Below, piece by piece: positions 18,189 to 28,089 of a stretch of DNA of 64,000 nucleotides. The position numbers and the translations under genes are program-made. A model generated the notes under the pieces. The model saw only the letters and a list, made by a program, of their open reading frames with translations, had not been told where the DNA came from and made no database searches. Location: positions 21,871-85,870 of the IMG/VR virus record IMGVR_UViG_3300034101_003479; one strand, 5' to 3'. The stretch's first letter is position 1. The number at the start of each line of letters is the position of its first letter. The stretch is from a virus.

Positions 18189-19398
18189 ATAGCTCTTTAA
18201 TAATACCTCTATTGATATCCCAATCTAAATGAAAGGCAAACTCATGTCCATGTCTATTTTTTCTAGAAACAATTTCAATCAAATTTGTTCCTGGGTGCCT
18301 GTGTACGGCAAGTGCCATATCTGCATCGTATTCAATTGCTTTTGACCAAGCAACCTGAGACATCATTGGCGGATTATCTTGATCTGATATGTCATCTGCG
18401 GTTGCTGCTGTAATATCAATAACTGGTATGTTGTTTGTCACAGCCAACAACTTGAATTCACGAGATACGTTTCTATTTCTTTCTACTTCAGAATTGCTTC
18501 TTTTGTTATCATTGAATAGTTGATGGTAATCTAAGATAACCAAATCTGGCTTGTGCTGATCAATCTTTCCTTGAATTGTAGCAGGTGTAACATCGCCAGC
18601 TCCTTCATTAGAAACTAAAACAAAACTATTTTTTCCTTCAAATTTCTTTTGGCCCCATGACTTGAAGTCATCAATATTGATATCTCCTTTAGACAAATCG
18701 CTTGCCTTAAATAAACCTGACCCCAGCATTGTATAAATACGATCACGCATATTTTCTGGGGACATTTCTAGGGAGATAATCATTGGCTTAAATCCTTGCT
18801 CCCAAGCTTTACATGCTAGGTAGGAAGTAAACCATGTCTTACCTTTTCCTGGCCAACCAATTGCAACAATTAAATGACCTGGAGCCATACCAGTTGGGTA
18901 CGCTGTATCTATTGCTTGGAATCCAGTTTTAATTCCAGGGCTTCCGCCCATTACTGCTGACCTATCCTTTACTGACATAAAGTGTCGCTCTGCTGCATCT
19001 AGGTCTGTTACATCTAAGTCTCTTACGTTATTAGTAAATCTAGACAGACCAGCAAGTTTGCTTTGCATATCTGATAGGACTCTGGAGGCTGCATCTTCTT
19101 TAAGTGCTGCTCCTCCTTGTAACATAATTGATTTTAGCCTTGAAGACAAATACTCATTTTTTAATTTGTCTAGGTAATAACCAGTCTCAGCTTTAATATT
19201 TATGTCTGGGTCAAAGTCTTTAAACTTTTCTTGTAGGATTCCAATCTCTGGAACTGCCTTAAACTTATAGTAGTAAGATTTTAATCCGTCCCAAACATCT
19301 TTGTGTGAAGTAAATAAGTCATCAACATTGTCTGCAAGTAAAGTGCTGATGTCTTTATTCTTACAAACTGCTGATATTACTGTTGCCTCTGTATTCAC
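18160..19398 (-). CDS. dnaB: DnaB-like replicative helicase
   Basis: GWPGKGKT, SLEMS, VILDYHQL, IEYDADM, KNRHG. Confidence 0.93.
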   Translation of the reverse strand: MNTEATVISAVCKNKDISTLLADNVDDLFTSHKDVWDGLKSYYYKFKAVPEIGILQEKFKDFDPDINIKAETGYYLDKLKNEYLSSRLKSIMLQGGAALKEDAASRVLSDMQSKLAGLSRFTNNVRDLDVTDLDAAERHFMSVKDRSAVMGGSPGIKTGFQAIDTAYPTGMAPGHLIVAIGWPGKGKTWFTSYLACKAWEQGFKPMIISLEMSPENMRDRIYTMLGSGLFKASDLSKGDINIDDFKSWGQKKFEGKNSFVLVSNEGAGDVTPATIQGKIDQHKPDLVILDYHQLFNDNKRSNSEVERNRNVSREFKLLAVTNNIPVIDITAATADDISDQDNPPMMSQVAWSKAIEYDADMALAVHRHPGTNLIEIVSRKNRHGHEFAFHLDWDINRGIIKELYDYVPPQAN

Positions 19399-19712
19399 TC
19401 TTCACCCTCAACTAATCTCTTTGTGGCTTCTTGTAAAGCCTTTCTATTTTGCTTATCTTTTGCTACTTCTCTTTGCATTATATCAATTTTATCAAAGTTA
19501 AAAAAGAAGAATTGAATTGGGTGCCCATATTTACCAGTGGTAAAGTAGTATTCCAACAATTCTTTTGCACGAGCATATCCTACACTATCAATGACATCTT
19601 GCATAGCCCATTTTTCTCTATACTTATTAAGAAAGGGGGTTTTGCCATATTTTTCCTGATACATATTTTGATACATGCTTAAAAGAATATATGGCTCTTT
19701 GCTATTTGCCAC
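19395..19712 (-). CDS. hypothetical protein (possible helicase accessory)
   Basis: 105-aa ORF coupled to dnaB. Confidence 0.55.
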   Translation of the reverse strand: MANSKEPYILLSMYQNMYQEKYGKTPFLNKYREKWAMQDVIDSVGYARAKELLEYYFTTGKYGHPIQFFFFNFDKIDIMQREVAKDKQNRKALQEATKRLVEGEE

Positions 19713-19908
19713 TCTTTAGCTCATCTTCTATTTCTTGTGTCTTCTGGATAAGCTTGTCTTCGACAAACTTATAGACACGTTCAGTCGCTATATCAACAGT
19801 TTCACCTTGCCTGACATCATCTTCAATCCCGATGCCTATCTTAATGCTCTCGTAGTTTCCTAGGTTTCTAGTAAAAGATAGGTCTACCTTAACTCTTGTC
19901 TCTGTCAT
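19702..19908 (-). CDS. hypothetical protein
   Basis: 68 aa, TRNLGNYESIKIG motif. Confidence 0.6.
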   Translation of the reverse strand: MTETRVKVDLSFTRNLGNYESIKIGIGIEDDVRQGETVDIATERVYKFVEDKLIQKTQEIEDELKSGK

Positions 19909-20018
19909 TTCTTATGCTCCGCCCTTAAATGTCTTTGAAGCGTATCGCTTGCAAATATTCCCCAACGCACTTCTATTTCTTTACTACACAGATCGCATAT
20001 AATAAATCTACTAGACAC
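19905..20018 (-). CDS. C2H2-type zinc-finger mini-protein (37 aa)
   Basis: GTG start; MSSRFIICDLCSKEIEVRWGIFASDTLQRHLRAEHKK; overlaps both neighbours. Confidence 0.6.
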   Translation of the reverse strand: MSSRFIICDLCSKEIEVRWGIFASDTLQRHLRAEHKK

Positions 20019-20497
20019 TAATCCGCCTTCCAAACTGGAACAAACCCGCCTTCTGTCTTAGTATACAATATCATATTGTTTTTGAGAAGTGCCTTTAGCT
20101 CTGCTTTGGATGGTATATTTTTAGAGTATCCAGCCTCTAATATATATTCGTGTATTTTAAATATATTAGATTCACTAAACATAAATTTATACCATTTACT
20201 TTCTGGCTTGCTTATGGGATAAATTCTTTGAGGCTGACTGATCTTACCTTGCAGAATGTATTCTTCTAGCGTTACCTTGTGTCTGCCTAGTATTTCTCCA
20301 ACCTGGACCATGGTATAAGCATTTTCCATATTTTTTTCTACATCGCTAAATGAATATAGAACTCTTTTTTTATCTAAATAGCACCAGGCTACTAGCTCGT
20401 CTTTAGATCTTGATGATCTAATTACTTTATGGAGTTTATTATTTAAGAAGAAATAGAGAAACTTTTTGCGAGTTCCTGGTCTTTTCTTTCCAGCCAT
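20018..20497 (-). CDS. putative DNA-binding protein (MerR/excisionase-like HTH)
   Basis: YTMVQVGEILGRHKVTLEEYILQGKI. Confidence 0.6.
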   Translation of the reverse strand: MAGKKRPGTRKKFLYFFLNNKLHKVIRSSRSKDELVAWCYLDKKRVLYSFSDVEKNMENAYTMVQVGEILGRHKVTLEEYILQGKISQPQRIYPISKPESKWYKFMFSESNIFKIHEYILEAGYSKNIPSKAELKALLKNNMILYTKTEGGFVPVWKAD

Positions 20498-20628
20498 TTA
20501 CCAAACCTACTTGTCTCTTTATTAACCATCCATCTTTTTCCGCATAGCATACAGAAAAGCTCAACATGTAGTTTTTGAGAAAAAACTCTATCAACAAAAA
20601 CTCTTCCATTACATTTTTTACACCACAT
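20443..20628 (-). CDS. zinc-ribbon protein
   Basis: CKKC...CMLCG. Confidence 0.6.
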   Translation of the reverse strand: MWCKKCNGRVFVDRVFSQKLHVELFCMLCGKRWMVNKETSRFGKWLERKDQELAKSFSISS

Positions 20629-21443
20629 TATAAAGCAAACAACTTTCCGTCAACCATACATGTATAATTTGGAGATACGTGAATCATTTGTACGTGTGGG
20701 TACTTTCCATTTTCAATATGAGCAATAGCAAATCCCTTTTGCCAATCATGGTGTTGAGTGTATTTCATTCCTGGACCTTTTTCGTCACACATGTGACCAA
20801 TCTCATATCCTCTAAGAGTTTCGCCTTTCCCGTTATTTCTAAGTTCATAGGTTACCATATGAGAAGCAATTCTATGAGAATGTCCTCTAATTAATGAAAC
20901 CTGCATATCTTCCATATCTTTTCTTACTGCTCCAGTTGCTGATATTGAAAGTCCGTGGTGAACATGGATATCTCCAAAACGTTTCTTAGGCAAACTGTCG
21001 TAATATATATAATCATATCCCAAAGAATCTAAACTCCATAAAGCTTCTGGGGTAACATGCTTGGCATACTCTGGTATCTTCTTGTCCAGATAATCAAAAA
21101 TTCTAATGTCATGATTTCCTAACGCTGAAAACAATTGTGCTTTTGGAAGCATCTTTCTTGTCTTAGCATAAAATTCACGAGCACCGCTTGCCTCTAACTT
21201 CATGTCTTTAAGCATCAGCTCTAAGTCATTTATAACATCATCATTCTTATATGCCTTTAAAAATTCTGTTGGCTTTCCCTCAGTATATTTACTGTAGCAT
21301 GCTTGGTCGTCTGTGTCGCCCAGGTAGTCTACTACGTCTGGCTTAAACCACTTCATGACCTTAAACCAAAGCTCAATCATCTTGTCATCCTGATATGGAA
21401 ATTGTTGATCTGATGACAACATCCACTTTAAATCGTTAGACAT
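20628..21443 (-). CDS. calcineurin-like metallophosphoesterase
   Basis: SDQQFP, LGDTDD, LGNHD, HHG, GHSHR. Confidence 0.85.
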   Translation of the reverse strand: MSNDLKWMLSSDQQFPYQDDKMIELWFKVMKWFKPDVVDYLGDTDDQACYSKYTEGKPTEFLKAYKNDDVINDLELMLKDMKLEASGAREFYAKTRKMLPKAQLFSALGNHDIRIFDYLDKKIPEYAKHVTPEALWSLDSLGYDYIYYDSLPKKRFGDIHVHHGLSISATGAVRKDMEDMQVSLIRGHSHRIASHMVTYELRNNGKGETLRGYEIGHMCDEKGPGMKYTQHHDWQKGFAIAHIENGKYPHVQMIHVSPNYTCMVDGKLFAL

Positions 21444-21462
21444 GCATTATTCCTTAAATTAA

Positions 21463-21485
21463 AAAAGTCACGTTTTCGTGACTTT
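21463..21485. other. stem-loop in the leader of the replication operon
   Basis: AAAGTCACG-TTTT-CGTGACTTT; T-run follows on the minus strand (terminator/attenuator-like). Confidence 0.5.
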
Positions 21486-21486
21486 G

Positions 21487-21526
21487 TATGCTACAAAAAT
21501 TGTAGCATATTGTTAAACACTGTCAA
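21487..21526 (-). promoter_or_regulatory. promoter TTGACA-16 nt-TACAAT (extended -10) overlapped by a 10-bp inverted repeat
   Basis: TATGCTACAA-AAA-TTGTAGCATA at 21487-21509 covers the -10 box and predicted start site. Confidence 0.65.
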
Positions 21527-21529
21527 GTG

Positions 21530-21964
21530 TTAAATGTCTTTTAGTTGTGCTGCGATCCAGTTTATTTTTATGGATCCCGTGTAGGCTAGACTTGTTGTTA
21601 CATAAATCTTGCCATTTAACGTATTTGGTGAAACTACTGCTGCTACTGAAACCGTTCCCATTTTTGAAGTTAAAGCTTCTCCAACAGAGGCAGTAAATGA
21701 TATATCAACAGCGGGACTAAATGAAGAGCTAAATGTAACTGCATGGGCAGCTGACGGCACATTTGCCTTGCCACTCAATGGGACTGTTTCTGTATCTGAG
21801 TCGACGATGGCAACTCTATTTGTTCCGCTAGAGTCTTTTGTAGCATTTAATAATGACTTTGATGTATTAAATACATTTGTTAGATTAGTTTGTAATTGAT
21901 TTAAATCATTTGGATCTAGTGGGGCACCCTCGTTAAAAGTTACCGACTTCCATGTCTCTGCCAT
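21530..21964 (-). CDS. putative virion/tail-associated protein
   Basis: PLDPNDLNQL N-terminus; beta-rich C-terminus ending INWIAA; last gene of the tail module. Confidence 0.5.
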   Translation of the reverse strand: MAETWKSVTFNEGAPLDPNDLNQLQTNLTNVFNTSKSLLNATKDSSGTNRVAIVDSDTETVPLSGKANVPSAAHAVTFSSSFSPAVDISFTASVGEALTSKMGTVSVAAVVSPNTLNGKIYVTTSLAYTGSIKINWIAAQLKDI

Positions 21965-22362
21965 TATAAGTTTTCTCCTAGATCATGAGCATTTGATTCC
22001 GCTTCGCTTACCTCTATGGCTTTTGATCGATCTAAGCCATATCTATTAAACGAGTCTGGGTCTACCACATGCCTCTTTTTATTTTGAGATATTAAATACA
22101 TTTTACCATCTGCTATGTTTTTTATCAAGGCACCGTCTCTAAACCCCAGCTTTCCAGCAAGTTTAATTAGCGATAATGATTCCTCTGTTCCATTTACTGT
22201 TGTAAATGACCAAGACTTAGAGGCTCTATCAGAAATCAGCTTATACCTCTTGTTGTCCTTAATCCAGTAAGTTGCCTTATCTGTCTTAACCGCAATCCCA
22301 GAAGGGAAATTAGTTGGAGAGGTTACTAAGTGAGTCTGAGTACTCTTGAATAGCTTTTTCAT
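21964..22362 (-). CDS. hypothetical protein with an internal duplicated domain
   Basis: YWIKDNKRYKL / YLISQNKKRHV repeat; start revised to MKKLFK. Confidence 0.55.
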   Translation of the reverse strand: MKKLFKSTQTHLVTSPTNFPSGIAVKTDKATYWIKDNKRYKLISDRASKSWSFTTVNGTEESLSLIKLAGKLGFRDGALIKNIADGKMYLISQNKKRHVVDPDSFNRYGLDRSKAIEVSEAESNAHDLGENL

Positions 22363-22489
22363 GATCCTGCTTTTCATTAATAAGTTGAGTAATTTCTGCA
22401 CGTAATACTGCAATCTGAGTTTCATAATTAGATACAAGTTCTCCTATGCGCTGTTGTAGTGCTGTTATTACTAGTTGTGTTTTATCCAA
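22310..22489 (-). CDS. small coiled-coil protein (59 aa)
   Basis: TTG start with AGGGA upstream; (M)DKTQLVITALQQRIGELVSNYETQIAVLRAEITQLINEKQ... Confidence 0.6.
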   Translation of the reverse strand: MDKTQLVITALQQRIGELVSNYETQIAVLRAEITQLINEKQDHEKAIQEYSDSLSNLSN

Positions 22490-22496
22490 TTTATCC

Positions 22497-22724
22497 CTAT
22501 TCTGTTAGAGCGTTGACTCTTGCCAACTCTGACTCTAGTGCTGAGATCTGCCCATCAACTTCATCCATTTGTTCATCAAGCCCATTTATTGCAGCTTCTG
22601 ACGGATTGTTTCTGGAGTTCTCTTTTAAAATATCTATCTCTAAATTATACTTTGTATAGTTAAGATTTCTAATATGCGAAGATATAATTTGAGCCTTTTC
22701 TTCTTTTGTTAAATTAATAGTCAT
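22497..22724 (-). CDS. small coiled-coil protein
   Basis: 75 aa, AGGAG RBS, own extended -10 box. Confidence 0.65.
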   Translation of the reverse strand: MTINLTKEEKAQIISSHIRNLNYTKYNLEIDILKENSRNNPSEAAINGLDEQMDEVDGQISALESELARVNALTE

Positions 22725-22754
22725 TTTTCTCCTTTCTTATTATATCATTTAAGT

Positions 22755-22976
22755 TTAATTTGGTAAATTAGATTTTAAAGATTCTAGCGTAGCAATCTGT
22801 AAATCGTAATCTCCAATTATTCTAACAATGTTTTCATAAATTTCATTATCTGTGCTAGATATAGTTTGTAGCTCTATTCTTCTAATTTCATGACTAAACT
22901 GTTGAGCTTTTAGCTCAGTAATATGGGCATCAATTATTGCTATTTTTTGATCATCATTTAAGTCAGTGCCTGCCAT
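22755..22976 (-). CDS. small coiled-coil protein, paralog of 22497..22724
   Basis: LNDDQKIAIIDAHI vs LTKEEKAQIISSHI; QIATLES vs QISALES. Confidence 0.65.
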   Translation of the reverse strand: MAGTDLNDDQKIAIIDAHITELKAQQFSHEIRRIELQTISSTDNEIYENIVRIIGDYDLQIATLESLKSNLPN

Positions 22977-23037
22977 TTATTTACCTTTCTTATACTTGTT
23001 CCATTATATCATTTTTATCTATTTTGTAAAGACCATT

Positions 23038-26016
23038 TTATACGCTGGCTGAGAATCCAGATGAATATGTTTGGCCATTAGTTCCTAATATTGTTGCCTG
23101 GTAACTTCCCCATCTACCTGCGGTAGTTGTAGAGGTATCTCCATCCGTAGTTCCTATTCTATAGTTCCACGGTATACCGTTAATATTTCTAAAACTCGTT
23201 GTATATGACCTTGTTCCGCTAGCAATAATTGTTCCACTCGAACTTCCAGAACGAATTCTCCATGGATAACTAGGGTTTCCAGAGGTACTTCCACTCCAAG
23301 AAGCATTATCCCATCCCCAGTTAAAAGTGGATCCAGATCTAAAGAAATATGGAGGATTATTGTTTAATGAAATTGATGGGGTGACAAATACGGCATTCCA
23401 TATTGCTGTTGCTGTTGCATTTGCAGACCCAAATGTATAAGAGCCTCCTCCAGAATAGGTAGAGCCTCCAATATTCCATCCTCCAAAGCTAAATCCAGAT
23501 CGTGTTCCAGCTCCTGATGCCAATGTAATTGTCGCACCGCTTGCTCCAGGTTGAGGTAATGGAGTAGTAGATCCGCCATTTGCAGAATATGTAAGAGTAT
23601 AAGTAACAACCGTAGAAGCTGTTCCAGTCACAGTTGTTGATGCGGTATTATATCCAGAAACAGATTTATTAACTGTTATTGTAGAGGACTGGGCGGATGA
23701 TAATCCTGATGCCGTGACCGCACCAGTCGAAGAGTTTACGCTTCCAGAACCAGCGGTTGCTGAAACATATGAGTACGAGGCTTCTGTTTGTGCGCCAGAA
23801 TTTATAGAAGCCGTCCACCCACCAGCTGCAGAAGTTGCAGATCCATATGAAAATGCAACTGCATCAGCATTTGCTGAAGTAATCTGATTGCCAAAATAAT
23901 AATATGTAGTTCCATTGGTTCCCACGACTGTGTCTCTTACTGTAAATACATAGGGGACTCCAGCGGGATCAGAAGGAACTATTGCGTATGGATTGGCTGT
24001 TCTAAATGATGATAATGTATTTCCTGACGGAGACACAAGGTTTGATGTATTTGTAGAATAAAGTAGTACGGATGTTACTGATGCCGCATTATTATAAGTT
24101 CCAGCAGACCAAGTAATGCTATCAAGATACTTAACGATAGATGTAGAAAATGTATTAGTTGCTCTTGCTGTTGGTGCAGAGTTTTGTGAAACAGCTGAGG
24201 ATGTTACAGTAAATGGAAATCCAGCACTCCAAGAGCTTGCTACTGATGACGGACCTACACTAGTTTCTCCAGTAGAGGCAACAGATCTAACATACATATA
24301 ATATGTAAATCCTGCAGAAGATGGACCTGTTGAGTCTGTTACTGGACTAGAAGAACCTGATCCGTCTGGTGTATATTGTACAGTTGTCGACAATGATGAA
24401 GCCGTTGTCCAATATATTTGATAAGCTGGACCAGATCCTCCAGAAAAATAAGCTGTTACTGGTGCCCCTTCAATTCCAGAAGAAACAAATGAAACTGTTG
24501 GTGCTGTTAAAACATTTTGAATTGAAACAGATGCGGTGCCAATTGAATAATCTGGTATTGTTTCTACATAGGCGGTGTAGTTTCCAGTTGAGTTATAAGT
24601 ATTTGATAAACTATACGTTGGCTTGTTGGTTCCATATGACGGGTAAATCCAACCACTACTACTTCCGTCTCCATAAACAACTCTATATGCATAAGGGTAG
24701 CTATTTAATCCAGAAGGATAACTTTGAATTATTCCTGAAAACGTTACAGTTGTTCCTGGGCCTCCAGATGTTGGTGTAGCGGTAATAGTACCCAAAGAAG
24801 TTGGGTCAATATCCCACCAGTCAAATGAGAAGCTAGTAGAAACTGTATCTCCAGGAACCCAATAGTATCTGGTTCCACCTATCACTGCACTTATTTCATA
24901 TTCCCACGTCCATCTTGAAATACCACCATCATATGTTGATCCGTTAAAGATTTCTGGGATTGAAAAAACATCATATAGAAAAGCATTACCACCAGATATT
25001 GTAACATTGCTTATGTTTCCAACATTATTATAATCTGACTCATATACAATCCATGCTGCAGATGCTGTTGCTACCGCCTGATTATCTGGGTTCCAATAAG
25101 CTCCTGTTTGATTATTCAACACTCTATATCTCACTCTAAATGTTGTTGAGGAGTTTACCCCAGAAACTTTCCATTTTAATTTTAATGTGGTAGCTGTTAC
25201 TAAATTACCTCTATTGTTAAAACCACTGTCTCCGTTTGAATCTTCAAAAACAACATCTGATATTCCTATTGGCTGACCAATTGTGGATGTCTGATTACTC
25301 GTTGATGTTGTTTCTCCGCCTGTATTTGTAGCAGTTACAGATACCCTTAGTGTATGACCAACGTCTGTGCTTTGAATAGTGTATGTAGAACTAGATCCAA
25401 GATCATCTCCAGTAGCATCTCCCCAGTACCATCTATAAGTAAAATTATCTGGTGCTGTGTCCCCTGTATTGTCTGTAGTATTCTTCCAGTACGTTCCGAG
25501 TGTTGTTAAGGCTGTTACCGTTGAGTTTGCTGCTAATGTACCACTAATTGCTGGTAATGTAAGTGCAACTGGTTTATACTTTGTTATTTTTACTGCTTTT
25601 GCGGCAGCTTCGTTAAAATTGGTTCCATCAGATGCTCTTACTGTTACAGTAATCCACTTATCGTCATCGTCAGAAACAGTTTTATATGAAGTAGAGGTGG
25701 CTGCCGTAATGTTTTCAAATGGTCCAGTTTCATTATCTGACCTGCTCCATTGTCTTGTATATGAAGTGGCACCGTCCCAGCTTCCATTTGTTGAGTCATA
25801 GGTGTCAAAAAGTTTTCCACCTTCTCGTGGGGTTATCACAGGAGATGAGTTTAATGAGGGACCAGAACCAGCAAATACTTTAGTCCAAGCCCCATTTCTT
25901 TTTACATATGCAGTAGCAAGGGCTGTCCAGGCTCCGTTCCTTTTTAGATACATTTTTTTAATCTGTACCCATTTAGAAACTCCATTAACAGATTTTTTTA
26001 TAAATGCTACTGGCAT
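23038..26016 (-). CDS. tail fibre / Ig- and FN3-like repeat adhesin
   Basis: Ser/Thr/Gly-rich beta domains, YTRQWSR and YRWYW Ig-like repeats, InlB B-like repeat (YTLTYSANGG...FSFGGW). Confidence 0.7.
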   Translation of the reverse strand: MPVAFIKKSVNGVSKWVQIKKMYLKRNGAWTALATAYVKRNGAWTKVFAGSGPSLNSSPVITPREGGKLFDTYDSTNGSWDGATSYTRQWSRSDNETGPFENITAATSTSYKTVSDDDDKWITVTVRASDGTNFNEAAAKAVKITKYKPVALTLPAISGTLAANSTVTALTTLGTYWKNTTDNTGDTAPDNFTYRWYWGDATGDDLGSSSTYTIQSTDVGHTLRVSVTATNTGGETTSTSNQTSTIGQPIGISDVVFEDSNGDSGFNNRGNLVTATTLKLKWKVSGVNSSTTFRVRYRVLNNQTGAYWNPDNQAVATASAAWIVYESDYNNVGNISNVTISGGNAFLYDVFSIPEIFNGSTYDGGISRWTWEYEISAVIGGTRYYWVPGDTVSTSFSFDWWDIDPTSLGTITATPTSGGPGTTVTFSGIIQSYPSGLNSYPYAYRVVYGDGSSSGWIYPSYGTNKPTYSLSNTYNSTGNYTAYVETIPDYSIGTASVSIQNVLTAPTVSFVSSGIEGAPVTAYFSGGSGPAYQIYWTTASSLSTTVQYTPDGSGSSSPVTDSTGPSSAGFTYYMYVRSVASTGETSVGPSSVASSWSAGFPFTVTSSAVSQNSAPTARATNTFSTSIVKYLDSITWSAGTYNNAASVTSVLLYSTNTSNLVSPSGNTLSSFRTANPYAIVPSDPAGVPYVFTVRDTVVGTNGTTYYYFGNQITSANADAVAFSYGSATSAAGGWTASINSGAQTEASYSYVSATAGSGSVNSSTGAVTASGLSSAQSSTITVNKSVSGYNTASTTVTGTASTVVTYTLTYSANGGSTTPLPQPGASGATITLASGAGTRSGFSFGGWNIGGSTYSGGGSYTFGSANATATAIWNAVFVTPSISLNNNPPYFFRSGSTFNWGWDNASWSGSTSGNPSYPWRIRSGSSSGTIIASGTRSYTTSFRNINGIPWNYRIGTTDGDTSTTTAGRWGSYQATILGTNGQTYSSGFSASV

Positions 26017-26025
26017 TCTGTTTCC

Positions 26026-28089
26026 TTAGTTATTCGTGCTAAATGCAATATCGCCATTTTGTCCAACATTCTGCCAAGATGAACCAAGGATTGTTGTAGA
26101 AGAAGATCCTGTAGAAAAAAAAGCTCTTCCTCTAGTAATTTTGCCGCTTGCATCGGCTTGCAAAACTGCTGGCTGGTCTGAAAAGCTTGTTGTCTCGTGT
26201 CTATTTGTCCAGTTATCCCCAAAACCATTCATATAAAAAGCTTTTTCAGTGCTATTAGATCTTACTTCAAAACTTATATATCCCCCAGGATAATTTCCAT
26301 ATATAGTTGCGTCCCCAGAAGCGGTTCCTGTTTGCAGCCATAGTTCAGAATAGTATCCAGAGGTTGGTACTCCACCTTTTTCAATTGAGTCTGTAATTTT
26401 AAGGGTTTTTGATGTATTTGTAATGGTTGTGGTTCCGCTTACCCAGGTTTCATTAATAGGGTCATAGTATCCAGTAGACACTTCATCTGTCCACGTATCA
26501 AATGCTGGAATCATGCTATAGTTTGCTTCAGTAAAATTAATTTTTGTAGAAGTATCTGAAGCTTCGCTGTAGTCTCCGCTCTGCCCCCCAGTTCCAACCT
26601 GTCTTCCACTTACGTTAATTGTTGTACCAGTTATTGTTGATGAATTAACTTCACCGTTTGTTAAAGTGCCACCACTCATCGTTAGATTTCCAGTAGAAGT
26701 GTTTAGTGTAAATTTACCACTTGCGGATCCACCATTATAATGAGCTATAGAATCTGGCGTCAATCTTATATGTGCGCCAGACGCACTTCCAATAAACAAA
26801 GCAGGATCATATCCGCCATTTAGCTTAATTGTCCCTGTTGCGTTTTGCAAGTAGCTTCCAGCAATTGTCCACCCAGCAATTTCTCCAACTGTAGCTTTTA
26901 AATATCCGCTTCTGCTTACGCTAAATGGAGCACTTAAAAAAGTTGTATTTCCTAGCCATATGCCTGTTGAAGGCTCTGCTTTAAATATGTCGTTACCAGA
27001 TCCAATGGACAAGTCTCCAGTAAATGTTCCAGATCCTTTTATTGATAAAGTTCCAGTTGTTCCGCTTGTTAGGTATTCTAATAACTTTGTTGTTCCATCT
27101 GTTCCATAAATAATAAATGGTGAAGAGCTTCCTGAGATAACAACTCTTTGCCCTCCACTAACTCCAGCAGTTATTGAGGCTTCAGCCGTTAGTATGCCAG
27201 TGCTAATTTCGCTAGCTGGTAGCTTAGAAACTGTAATCGGATTTCCGCCTGCAGATATTGGCTGTCCATTTGCAACCTTATTTGCATTTACCGTGTCTAT
27301 TTTAATATAGTATGGAGTTCCGTATTGCAGTGTAGCGCCAGATGATTTATCAATAACTGTTCCAACACCTATTGAAACTTTATTTGACCCATTGGCAAAA
27401 TTTAATGTGTGAACCCAGTTGTTGTCACTTACAGTAAAATCTGGGGTAGTACCGATGAAAACTTTAGCCCCAGCAAAGCTGCCAGAAGTAAAGTCTTCAA
27501 ATCCGCCATTGCCATTTGATTTCTTTCCGTTCCATTCTACTATTATAGAAGCAAGCCCTGATGTAACTGTTGGTGCATATGGATCTTCTGGTTCTAAAAC
27601 TGACTGACCAGATTTTGTAACTAAAATACTTCTTGCATCGCTTACTGCAGATTTAGTTCCGTAGTTTGATATTGCATAAAGAGCTACAGCGTATTGACCT
27701 GCTGGTGCAGCTATTGTCTGTGTTCCTGCAACCTTGAAGCTGCCAGCTGCCTTTGTTCCATCAAATGGAGCTCCATCTATAAATATATCAACTCTATCTA
27801 CATTTGTTATTGGCTTTCCAGATTTATCGTTTCCGTTCCATGTTATCTTAATGAATCCATCATCGCCCACTACGTCTGTTAAAGATAAATTAGGGCTTCC
27901 TGGAAGAGTTTCTCCTGGGGTTACAAGAAGTCTAGATGCCGACCACAGGCCAAAAGTTCCATCTTTATATTTGTATCTAAATTGAATTGGATATGTTTCG
28001 TTTACATTTAGGTCTGTTACCGTTACAATAAAATAGTTTCCGTCTTCTACTGCAACGGAATTGTCTATTAACAAATCCTGATAAGTCAT
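26026..28089 (-). CDS. minor tail protein / fibre
   Basis: FN3-like N-terminal domains, GEIAGWTI beta repeats; position in the tail module. Confidence 0.65.
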   Translation of the reverse strand: MTYQDLLIDNSVAVEDGNYFIVTVTDLNVNETYPIQFRYKYKDGTFGLWSASRLLVTPGETLPGSPNLSLTDVVGDDGFIKITWNGNDKSGKPITNVDRVDIFIDGAPFDGTKAAGSFKVAGTQTIAAPAGQYAVALYAISNYGTKSAVSDARSILVTKSGQSVLEPEDPYAPTVTSGLASIIVEWNGKKSNGNGGFEDFTSGSFAGAKVFIGTTPDFTVSDNNWVHTLNFANGSNKVSIGVGTVIDKSSGATLQYGTPYYIKIDTVNANKVANGQPISAGGNPITVSKLPASEISTGILTAEASITAGVSGGQRVVISGSSSPFIIYGTDGTTKLLEYLTSGTTGTLSIKGSGTFTGDLSIGSGNDIFKAEPSTGIWLGNTTFLSAPFSVSRSGYLKATVGEIAGWTIAGSYLQNATGTIKLNGGYDPALFIGSASGAHIRLTPDSIAHYNGGSASGKFTLNTSTGNLTMSGGTLTNGEVNSSTITGTTINVSGRQVGTGGQSGDYSEASDTSTKINFTEANYSMIPAFDTWTDEVSTGYYDPINETWVSGTTTITNTSKTLKITDSIEKGGVPTSGYYSELWLQTGTASGDATIYGNYPGGYISFEVRSNSTEKAFYMNGFGDNWTNRHETTSFSDQPAVLQADASGKITRGRAFFSTGSSSTTILGSSWQNVGQNGDIAFSTNN

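Noticed and set aside
995-19398. Inteins or introns in TerL, RecA, DnaE or DnaB
   Set aside because: Lengths are normal and motifs are contiguous; no Hint or homing-endonuclease motifs were seen.
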